Positions 24,596 to 32,000 of a stretch of 32,000 bases of DNA are shown one piece after another. The notes under the pieces were generated by a model. That model made no database searches. It saw only the letters and a list, made by a program, of their open reading frames with translations, and had not been told where the DNA came from. The stretch comes from Acaryochloris thomasi RCC1774 (GTDB taxonomy: Bacteria > Cyanobacteriota > Cyanobacteriia > Thermosynechococcales > Thermosynechococcaceae), in NCBI RefSeq assembly GCF_003231495.1, contig NZ_PQWO01000020.1, positions 1 to 32,000 of the forward strand, read 5' to 3'. Each line of letters begins with the position of its first letter. The stretch's first letter is position 1. The position numbers and the translations under genes are program-made.

Positions 24596-25594
24596 CTAGG
24601 GAGCTGATGCTGCGTTCTCAGGTTCCTGCATCATCATTTCTGATTTGGACCCTGGCTTCTTGGACCCGCCGAGACTTGCAATCAGCACACCCAGAATAAT
24701 GATGATTAAGGTTCCGACCTGAATGCTAGAGGGACGCTCTCCATTGAGCAAAAAGGCGTAGGTGACGCCAAAGATGGGCGAAATCACCGTCAGACGACCA
24801 ATGGTTCTAGAGTCTAATCGCTCATTGGAGGCGTACCACAGAAACTGGGCCAGTACGATCACAACTAGCGAATAGACAGACATAATAATCCACAGTTTGC
24901 CGCTAAAGGCATCGCCAAAATGATTGGGGCCAAATAGCTTCATGGCGATGAAGAAAAAGATCACCGAGGAGAGCAGGTTGCGAGAAAACACGACAACGGG
25001 CAACGGTGCCGCTTTTTGTACCATCAGTTTGTTCACGAGGGCCGATACTGCAAACACAAGGGTAGAGAGCAGGATTAAGAAGTCTCCCTGGTTGATTTGA
25101 AAGTTGCTGGTTTTAAGTGCGATCGCAACGACCCCTACCCCAATCAGCGAAAACCCAAACCACTCCATCGGTCGAATCCGTTTGCCCAAAATCATCGCCC
25201 CGGCCAGGGCAAATAACACTGGCCCTAACCGTCCCAGCAGGACCGCATTCGTCACGGTCGTAAACTGCAGGCCCAAGAAAATCAGCGCCGATAACAGCGT
25301 TGCCAAACATCCATTCACAAATAGGCCGATTTGTACCTTCAGCTTGAGCGCCTTGAATTCTCGGATAATTCTGCCCAAGCCAAACCAAGTGCCCACCGAG
25401 ATCGCAGCACAGAGATTGCCCACAAACAGAATGTTGCAAAACGAGATGGGGTGTACCGCTCCCCCCCCTAACTCTGAGCCTTTAGCAATCAAAAAGGCAA
25501 TCAGAGCTGGACGCGCCGCCGCCAGAGCGCGAGATGCAATCAGCATTGCCTGAGGATTAAGACGGTGAGGCTGGGTCGCCAGCATTTCGTTCAT
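24596..25594 (-). CDS. EamA/DMT-superfamily transporter
   Basis: 332 aa with about 10 predicted TM helices in two similar halves, typical of EamA-domain permeases. Confidence 0.8.
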   Translation of the reverse strand: MNEMLATQPHRLNPQAMLIASRALAAARPALIAFLIAKGSELGGGAVHPISFCNILFVGNLCAAISVGTWFGLGRIIREFKALKLKVQIGLFVNGCLATLLSALIFLGLQFTTVTNAVLLGRLGPVLFALAGAMILGKRIRPMEWFGFSLIGVGVVAIALKTSNFQINQGDFLILLSTLVFAVSALVNKLMVQKAAPLPVVVFSRNLLSSVIFFFIAMKLFGPNHFGDAFSGKLWIIMSVYSLVVIVLAQFLWYASNERLDSRTIGRLTVISPIFGVTYAFLLNGERPSSIQVGTLIIIILGVLIASLGGSKKPGSKSEMMMQEPENAASAP

Positions 25595-25830
25595 TGGGGG
25601 CAGGTCCGGCAGACAACTTAACCTCGTAGTTTACTGAATCATGGGGGGCCAAGAATGAGATAAGGCTGACAGAATAACGAATACAAGCCGAGTCGGACCT
25701 CTTTTCATGCAAAAGTGGTCAATTTTATGAGCGAATCAGCAGCAATCTCTCAGGTCTGCTTCAGCGTCAGCCCAGGTTAAGACAACAGGATGGGAGCGTC
25801 CCTGTGACATCGTTCTCATTCACTGCAGTT

Positions 25831-27549
25831 ATGGCTCCCCTCAAGATTCTGTTTGTCAACTGTACCTTGAAGCAATCTCCAGAGATCAGCAATACTGAAG
25901 CGCTCTGGAATTATGTTGCAGAACGATACCGCCAAAAGGGTTGTCAGGTAGAACAGGTTAGAAGCATTGATTTCAAGTTTCCCATCGAAATCATGCCGGA
26001 GGGTCGGGATGCATTGCTACCGCTATTTGAGCAAGTTCAAGCAACAGATATTTTGATTGTGGGACTCTCGGGTACCCGATCATCGGCCTATCAGAGGCTG
26101 CTTGAATATCTTCAGGATATCTGCCAAATTCGTGCCGAGCCAACCACGGGACAATCCCCCGTCTACAACAAGGTTTTTGGTGTGGTGATGGTGAGCGGAG
26201 CCCCTCACGACATTGCTCAGACTTGCTATGAATTTAGCCAGTTGGGATGTGTTAATCCACCGAATAATGCCGTCACTTGGCTGCCGTCGGTAGAGTTTAG
26301 CGAGGACTTTATGGCGGCAAACGGCAAGCAGCCGATCCAGGTGAATCAGGAGGCACGGCTGCTGGTGGAACATTCGGTTGCGATCGCAACCCTCCTCCAA
26401 AGCTCTCCCCTCACCGCCAACCAACGGGCCGCAACCCACGAAACCCAGGCGATTGCAGACCAGGCTACGCCCGCAAGTCCAACGCTGCTGACGCCAAAAA
26501 CCGTCCGCACAGACGATCATCTCGACGGCCTTGACCCGCATCGTCTAACCAAGCGAATCTGGACCGTGATGCAGGAAGGAATACGGCGAGGATTTACCTT
26601 TAAGGTTTTTAGCCTAGAGGACCGAACCTTTCAGGCCGAGCGAGAGGGAAAAGGCTTTCTCTACAAAATCTATCCGGGGCATTTCTCTTTTCGCAGGCAG
26701 TACGAGGACTACGACTACGAGCAGTTTAAATCGCGTAAGCTAGCGCTGATGCAGCAAGACGGCCTATCCATACCCACCTCCTATGGCACCTTTAAGACCT
26801 TTGCCGAGATTCCCCTAGAGACACTCTCTTACCCGCTGGTGGCCAAACCTGATTCAGGCTCCCTCAGCGAAAATGTGTTTCCGAATTTAGGTACGGTTGC
26901 TCAGCTTCGGCAGGCAACCGCCGTCATTGAGGCCAGTGGCGGCGTGATTAAACTGGAGTCGCACATTGCCGGGCGTGATTACCGGGTACTGATTATTAAT
27001 CATCAGTATGCCGGATGCGTGGAGCGACGGCCCGCCAATATCACCGGCGACGGAGAACGGACGATTTTAGAGCTGTTTCAGGCGCGGAATCAAGAAGAGG
27101 GAAGAGGCGATCGCAACGAAGCCCACACGACCCTGCATCAACTCGTCTTTGACCACACCAGCCGCCAACTTTTACACAGAGCAAACTACACCCTTGAGAC
27201 CGTCTTGCCTGCAGGCAAAATGTTCTTCCTACAGAAGAAAATTACGGCATCGACGGGGGCTGACTACGTAGACTGCACCGATCGGCTCCATCCCGACACG
27301 ATTAAAGACTGCATTGCGTTCTCCCACCATTTTTCAACCCTGACTCTGGGCTTTGATCTGATGACGATGGATCTCTCACGCCCGCTTGCTGAAACAGGCG
27401 GGGCCTTCAATGAATATAACTTTCTGCCCTATGTTGACCTCCACGAAAACTGTAATATCGGTCAACAGCGGCCGGTCTGTCAGTTGATCTGGGACTATAT
27501 CGAAGCGCATGCAGCCCAGATTGTCACCTCTGATTTCAACGTCTTCTAA
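25831..27549 (+). CDS. Fusion protein: flavodoxin-like (FMN-reductase-type) N-domain + ATP-grasp amino-acid ligase domain (cyanophycin synthetase G-domain-like)
   Basis: N-terminus from ATG 25831: MAPLKILFVNCTLKQSPEISNTEAL..PVYNKVFGVVMVSG, the flavodoxin-family/NADPH-FMN-reductase pattern. C-terminus: LVAKPDSGS.., GRDYRVLIIN..VERRPANITGDGERTILELF..N.EEGRGD, TGADYVDCTDRLHPD, GFDLMT.DLSRPLAETGGAFNEYN, collinear with the CphA ATP-grasp region. No Mur-ligase domain. Confidence 0.8.
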   Translation: MAPLKILFVNCTLKQSPEISNTEALWNYVAERYRQKGCQVEQVRSIDFKFPIEIMPEGRDALLPLFEQVQATDILIVGLSGTRSSAYQRLLEYLQDICQIRAEPTTGQSPVYNKVFGVVMVSGAPHDIAQTCYEFSQLGCVNPPNNAVTWLPSVEFSEDFMAANGKQPIQVNQEARLLVEHSVAIATLLQSSPLTANQRAATHETQAIADQATPASPTLLTPKTVRTDDHLDGLDPHRLTKRIWTVMQEGIRRGFTFKVFSLEDRTFQAEREGKGFLYKIYPGHFSFRRQYEDYDYEQFKSRKLALMQQDGLSIPTSYGTFKTFAEIPLETLSYPLVAKPDSGSLSENVFPNLGTVAQLRQATAVIEASGGVIKLESHIAGRDYRVLIINHQYAGCVERRPANITGDGERTILELFQARNQEEGRGDRNEAHTTLHQLVFDHTSRQLLHRANYTLETVLPAGKMFFLQKKITASTGADYVDCTDRLHPDTIKDCIAFSHHFSTLTLGFDLMTMDLSRPLAETGGAFNEYNFLPYVDLHENCNIGQQRPVCQLIWDYIEAHAAQIVTSDFNVF

Positions 27550-27618
27550 AAAAGCCAACAGGGGCTGGCAATTAGCATAATGATGAAGGACTGTGCGTAA
27601 GAGCTGATTCCAGCAGGT

Positions 27619-29961
27619 ATGACTTCATCTAGTTTCGTCTCTCAGATCAAACAACAAATAACGACGCTCACGAATCCCGATATCGCGCCGCCCGATGTCT
27701 CTTTGACCAATTGCGATCGCGAACCGATTCACATCCCGAGCGCGATTCAACCCCACGGCGTGTTGCTAACCTTCACCGAAGCAGATCTCACCCTGCTCCA
27801 GGTCAGCCGAAACGTCACCACGGTAATAGGGCTAACGCCAGAGCAGCTATGGGGCCAGCCCCTCACGCACCTATTTGCAGCAGAACAGCTTGAGCAGATC
27901 CGAGGCTGTCTGACAGCCGATTTTGAACACGTCAATCCCCTGAGATTATCGGTTGAGGTTGACGGTCAAACCCGCTCCTTTGGCGGCATTGTCCACCGTG
28001 CGGACACCGTTGTCGTTTTAGAACTCGAACCCCTTCAAGCATCAGATGAAATTGACTTTTTTGACTTCTATCGATTCGTTAAGACCCCCATTAGTCAGCT
28101 GCAGAGAACCCAGACCGTTGCTGAACTCTGCCACACTGCTGCGGCTGAGATCCGTCGGATCACTGGGTTTGATCGGGTGATGATCTACCGCTTCGATCAG
28201 GCAGGGGCCGGAGACGTAATTGCAGAAGATCGGCGTGCTGACCTCAAAGCTTTCTTAGGGCTACACTATCCCGCCACCGATATCCCTCAGCAGGCCAAAC
28301 ATCTCTATCGTTTGAATCTACTGCGGCTCATTCCTGACGCCGTTTATGAGCCGGTCCCCCTAGAGCCACAGAATAATCCTGTGACCGATGCGCCTTTAGA
28401 TATGAGTCTATCGGTCCTGCGTAGCGTCTCTTCTGTGCACCGAGAATACTTAGGCAATATGGGCGTACGGGCTTCCATGTCGATTTCTCTGCTGAAGAAT
28501 CAACAGCTTTGGGGACTGATTGCCTGTCACCACTGCAGCCCCAAACTGCTCTCTTATGAGCTGCGGACCATCTGTGAATTCCTAGGGCAGTCCATTTCTT
28601 TAGAGCTAGCGACAAAATCTGAGACGGAAGATCTGGATGATCAGGTGCGGCTACAGTCGATTCAGGCCAACTTTGTTAAAGCTAGCGCTCACTGCCAGAC
28701 GCTGGCTGACGTTCTGAGTCACAATCCTGATAATTTGATGGCCTTGGGTAGGGCCTCGGGCCTAATTTTCTATGAAGGTGATGCGATCATCAGCTTTGGC
28801 CAAACGCCACCGGAACCGGTGATCAGCAAGCTTCTTGACTGGGTAGAGCCGCAGTTTGAGGCAGACGCTGTGCTTTACACAACGGCGTCTTTGGGGCTGC
28901 GTTGTCCAGAAATGGCTGACTATCGCCAAGTCGCCAGCGGTTTGATGGCGCTGCGGATTTCTCGCGTTCAAAAGATTTATCTGCTGTGGCTGCGGCCCGA
29001 GGTTGTGCAAACGGTGCATTGGGGCGGCCAGCAAAAGCAGCAGGAGGGCGTGGATGCTGACGGTCTAACCTACCTGTCACCCAGGAAGTCCTTTGAGCGC
29101 TGGCAGGAGACGGTACAGATGCGATCGCTTCCCTGGAAAGCCTGTGAACAGGAAGCGGCCCTAGAGCTGCGCAGCACAATTATCGGGGTTGTGCTGCAGA
29201 AGTCCGATGAGCTGGCTTTGCTCAATGCAGATCTGGAGCGCAGCAATAGCGAACTCGATTCCTTTGCCTATGTCGCCTCCCATGACCTCAAAGAACCGCT
29301 GCGGGGCATTCATAACTACTCTAGTTTTCTGATCGAAGACTACGGCGATCAGTTAGGAGAAGAGGGGCAACATAAGCTAGAGACCTTGGTGCGGCTGGCG
29401 CAGCGCATGGAGGATTTAATCAGCTCTTTGCTTCACTACTCGCGGTTGGGGCGTGCGGAGCTGGTTTTGCACAGGACTGATATGGGCGAAGTGGTGACAG
29501 AGGTGCTAGACGTCATTAAGATCAGTCAGCCGGAGCCGATTGAGTTTCGCATCCCTCGGCCACTGCCGACCTTGGCTTGCGATCGCATCCGCATCAGCGA
29601 GCTGTTTACTAATTTGATCAGCAACGCCATCAAGTACAACGATAAGCCACACAAATGGATTGAAATGGGCTACGTGAGCACAGATGAAGACCGTGCGACT
29701 TTACCCAGCGCTCTGCAGCAGGCTGGCACCGTTTTCTACGTTCGAGATAACGGCATTGGGATTCGAGACCGGCACTTGGAGAACGTGTTTAAGATTTTCA
29801 AACGTCTTCATGCGCCCGGGCGCTACGGTGGCGGCACGGGCGCAGGGCTCACCATCGTCAAAAAAATCGTAGAGCGACATGGGGGTGAGATCATCATTGA
29901 GTCAGCCTACGGGGAAGGCAGCACCTTTTACTTCAGCTTGGGCGAGGTTGAACATGTATAA
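27619..29961 (+). CDS. bphP: Bacteriophytochrome-type (biliverdin-class) phytochrome histidine kinase
   Basis: 780 aa with PAS-GAF-PHY-HisKA-HATPase order. N-terminal Cys32 in LTNCDREPIHIPSAIQPHG. GAF motifs DIPQQAKHLYRLN and RSVSSVHREYLGNMGV, where Val sits at the position of the Cph1-type chromophore Cys. H-box ASHDLKEPLR. Confidence 0.9.
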   Translation: MTSSSFVSQIKQQITTLTNPDIAPPDVSLTNCDREPIHIPSAIQPHGVLLTFTEADLTLLQVSRNVTTVIGLTPEQLWGQPLTHLFAAEQLEQIRGCLTADFEHVNPLRLSVEVDGQTRSFGGIVHRADTVVVLELEPLQASDEIDFFDFYRFVKTPISQLQRTQTVAELCHTAAAEIRRITGFDRVMIYRFDQAGAGDVIAEDRRADLKAFLGLHYPATDIPQQAKHLYRLNLLRLIPDAVYEPVPLEPQNNPVTDAPLDMSLSVLRSVSSVHREYLGNMGVRASMSISLLKNQQLWGLIACHHCSPKLLSYELRTICEFLGQSISLELATKSETEDLDDQVRLQSIQANFVKASAHCQTLADVLSHNPDNLMALGRASGLIFYEGDAIISFGQTPPEPVISKLLDWVEPQFEADAVLYTTASLGLRCPEMADYRQVASGLMALRISRVQKIYLLWLRPEVVQTVHWGGQQKQQEGVDADGLTYLSPRKSFERWQETVQMRSLPWKACEQEAALELRSTIIGVVLQKSDELALLNADLERSNSELDSFAYVASHDLKEPLRGIHNYSSFLIEDYGDQLGEEGQHKLETLVRLAQRMEDLISSLLHYSRLGRAELVLHRTDMGEVVTEVLDVIKISQPEPIEFRIPRPLPTLACDRIRISELFTNLISNAIKYNDKPHKWIEMGYVSTDEDRATLPSALQQAGTVFYVRDNGIGIRDRHLENVFKIFKRLHAPGRYGGGTGAGLTIVKKIVERHGGEIIIESAYGEGSTFYFSLGEVEHV

Positions 29962-30412
29962 ACAGCCATCTCTTTCTCTACTGGTGGTGGAAGACAGCAA
30001 CGAAGACTTTGAGGCATTCCGACGAATTGTCAATGAAGTTGGGACAATGGACTTATCGATCGTTCGCTGCCATGACGGGGACGACGCCCTAGAGCATTTG
30101 CAGCAGAGGCAGGCGGTTCCCCAGCCGCCTTTGCCGGACGTCATTGTCTTAGACCTCAACCTGCCGGGGACAGATGGCCGTGAGGTTATTGCAGAAGTTA
30201 AGCAGAATGATAAACTGAAGACGATACCCATTGTGGTTTTGACGACTTCGTCTAATCCTAAAGATGTGGAAGCCTGTTACCGTTTCGGCGCTAATAGCTA
30301 CATGCTCAAGTCAATGGATATCCGTTTATTCAAAGCCTCTATTCAACAGTTTTTAGACTTCTGGTTTAAGGCGACGGTTTTACCCTCATCAAATCAGGAA
30401 TCGCGACCTTAA
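29954..30412 (+). CDS. Single-domain response regulator (Rcp-like, phytochrome-associated)
   Basis: From ATG 29954 (ATGTATAA overlaps the kinase stop): SLLVVEDSNEDFEAF.., VIVLDLNLPGTDG, IPIVVLTTS, GANSYMLKS. Receiver domain only. The track ORF start at 29879 lies inside the kinase gene. Confidence 0.85.
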   Translation: MYKQPSLSLLVVEDSNEDFEAFRRIVNEVGTMDLSIVRCHDGDDALEHLQQRQAVPQPPLPDVIVLDLNLPGTDGREVIAEVKQNDKLKTIPIVVLTTSSNPKDVEACYRFGANSYMLKSMDIRLFKASIQQFLDFWFKATVLPSSNQESRP

Positions 30413-30483
30413 CAGATCGTCCAGGCTCCTCTAGCGCAGCTCAGCGGTCTCCGACACGTTTGTCAGCCTCTTGTCCATGCGCG

Positions 30484-32000
30484 ATGTCTTCTGTCTCTGA
30501 ATCTGCTCCTAGTCTTTCTTCTCCCTACTGGAGAAGCGTGTCGGTTTTGCTTGTTGACGATTCAGAGGTGGACCGCCTCACCTATCGTCGATATTTGCAG
30601 GCGACGGTCTCTGCGAACCAAATTATTGAGTGCGACTGCGGTGACGCCGCACTAGAGTCCTGCCGCAGCCAGTGGCCTAGCATCATTTTGCTAGACTACT
30701 CTCTGCCGGATATGGATGGCTTGGACTTCTTTCGGCTGCTCGGCCAAGAGCTTGGGAGCTGCCCACCCATCATTATGCTGACGGGCGAAGGCAGTGAGCA
30801 AGTTGCGGTGGAGGCCATGAAGGCGGGCGCGAAGGATTATTTAATCAAGGGGCAGTTAACTTCAGAGAAGCTAAACCAGGCCGTAACCCAGGCTCTCTTT
30901 GAGCATCAGCTTAAGGCGCAGATTGAGCGCCAGCGGCAGCAGCGAGAACTGCTTAGGGAAGTCGCGCTCAAGGTTATGCAAGCGTCTGAGCTATCGCTAA
31001 TTTTGCAAGCGGCGGCGAGCGGCGGACGTAAGCTGCTGGGATGCGATCGCACTTTAATTTATCGCTTCGAACCCGATATGAGCGGTACCGTGGTGGCGGA
31101 ATCAGTACTGCCTGGATGGACGGCAGCAATGGGCTGTCGGCTAGAGGATAACTGCTTTCAAGGTCAGCAAGGTCACAAAGCTGATAAGTATTTACAGGGC
31201 CACAAAATGGTGGTTCCTGATGTTGAGTCCGCTGGACTGTCTGACTGTCATCTCCAGATGTTGCAGCAGTTTCAGGTGAAATCAAATTTAGTGGTGCCCA
31301 TTATCCGAGCAGATGCTCCTTTAAATCAGACAAAGCTCTGGGGACTCTTGATCGCACACCACTGCGAAGAGAAGCATTGCTGGCAACCGGATGATCTAGC
31401 GCTACTTGACGAGCTGACGCTGCAGGTTGCGATCGCAATTCAACAGGCCGAATTAGTCAACGGCCTGCAGGCAAGCCTAGAAAAGCAGCAAGCCGTTGAC
31501 CATCAGCTGCGAGAGCGGGCAGTCGAGTTAGAACGCACTAACCAGCTTCTGGCTCAGAGTACTCAATCCCTCAGCCAGCGTAACCAGGAACTCGACGAGT
31601 TTGCACATATCGTTTCCCACGACTTGAAGGCCCCGCTGCGCGGCATTGCCAACCTCTCGCAGTGGATCGTTGAGGATTTGCAGGATCAGGTGCCGGAAGA
31701 GAATCAACAGCAGCTAGCTCTGATTCAAAATCGTATTCAACGGATGGACGCCTTGATAGATGGTGTGCTGCAGTATGCACGCGCAGGCCGTCAGACCATT
31801 GCCATCAACATGGTAGATGTCCGTCAAATGCTGCTAGAGATCATCGACTCCCTTGCACCACCAGAGACCTTTGAAGTCCAAGTCCCTGCAGCTCTACCTT
31901 GCATCGAGACCCAGGCCCTACTGTTACAGCAGGTCTTTTCTAATTTGATCAGTAACGCTCTCAAATACCACGACCGCACAGATGGCACAGTCCAGATTTT
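30484..32000 (+). CDS. Hybrid sensor: receiver (REC) - GAF - histidine kinase, 3'-truncated by the window edge
   Basis: Not in the ORF track because it has no stop in the window. My own translation from ATG 30484: VSVLLVDDSEVDRLTYRRYL..IILLDYSLPDMDG..IIMLTGEG..GAKDYLIKG (REC); RKLLGCDRTLIYRF..WGLLIAHHC (GAF); ELDEFAHIVSHDLKAPLRGI (H-box); LISNALKYH (N-box). Confidence 0.85.
   Translation, partial: MSSVSESAPSLSSPYWRSVSVLLVDDSEVDRLTYRRYLQATVSANQIIECDCGDAALESCRSQWPSIILLDYSLPDMDGLDFFRLLGQELGSCPPIIMLTGEGSEQVAVEAMKAGAKDYLIKGQLTSEKLNQAVTQALFEHQLKAQIERQRQQRELLREVALKVMQASELSLILQAAASGGRKLLGCDRTLIYRFEPDMSGTVVAESVLPGWTAAMGCRLEDNCFQGQQGHKADKYLQGHKMVVPDVESAGLSDCHLQMLQQFQVKSNLVVPIIRADAPLNQTKLWGLLIAHHCEEKHCWQPDDLALLDELTLQVAIAIQQAELVNGLQASLEKQQAVDHQLRERAVELERTNQLLAQSTQSLSQRNQELDEFAHIVSHDLKAPLRGIANLSQWIVEDLQDQVPEENQQQLALIQNRIQRMDALIDGVLQYARAGRQTIAINMVDVRQMLLEIIDSLAPPETFEVQVPAALPCIETQALLLQQVFSNLISNALKYHDRTDGTVQI

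Noticed and set aside
25831-27549. Calling the ATP-grasp protein a cyanophycin synthetase (CphA/CphA2)
   Set aside because: Only the G (ATP-grasp) domain is similar. The CphA N domain and the Mur-ligase-type M domain are absent, and the N-terminus is a flavodoxin-like domain instead.
30974-31780. Minus-strand ORFs 30974..31285 and 31571..31780
   Set aside because: They are antisense to the unlisted plus-strand REC-GAF-histidine-kinase gene (30484..>32000), whose translation shows clear domain motifs.

Overview
Cyanobacterial chromosomal segment: I counted 24 perfect HIP1 octamers (GCGATCGC) by eye. Layout: (i) 0.2-3.1 kb, small secreted or membrane proteins on the plus strand. (ii) 3.7-12.1 kb, a tightly packed minus-strand island of general-stress-type genes with three ORFs I cannot assign: GlsB/YeaQ, two paralogous YflT-like glycine-zipper proteins, DUF421/YetF, an FAD+Rieske oxidoreductase, a BON lipoprotein, a glucose-1-dehydrogenase-like SDR and CsbD. 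(iii) 12.5-18.1 kb, a plus-strand sugar-phosphate operon flanked on both sides by decayed regulator-gene fragments: fused transaldolase/phosphoglucose isomerase, class 1 FBPase, a secreted DM13 protein and an FbaB-type class I aldolase. (iv) 18.8-24 kb, a secreted (RRGGF)n plus His-rich repeat protein, a YHS-family lipoprotein, a translationally coupled PLP-decarboxylase/cysteine-dioxygenase pair (predicted hypotaurine/taurine route) and a DUF3370-like secreted protein. (v) 24.6-27.5 kb, an EamA transporter divergent from an unusual flavodoxin-like::ATP-grasp fusion whose ligase half resembles the cyanophycin-synthetase G domain. (vi) 27.6-32 kb, a biliverdin-type phytochrome kinase, a single-domain response regulator and a REC-GAF-kinase hybrid that runs off the right edge and is absent from the ORF track. 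I saw no tRNA, rRNA, CRISPR, transposase or recognisable defence genes. The best candidates for new biology are the flavodoxin::ATP-grasp ligase locus, the secreted RRGGF repeat protein and the stress island with its unknown members. All family assignments come from motif recognition by eye and need HMM/BLAST confirmation.
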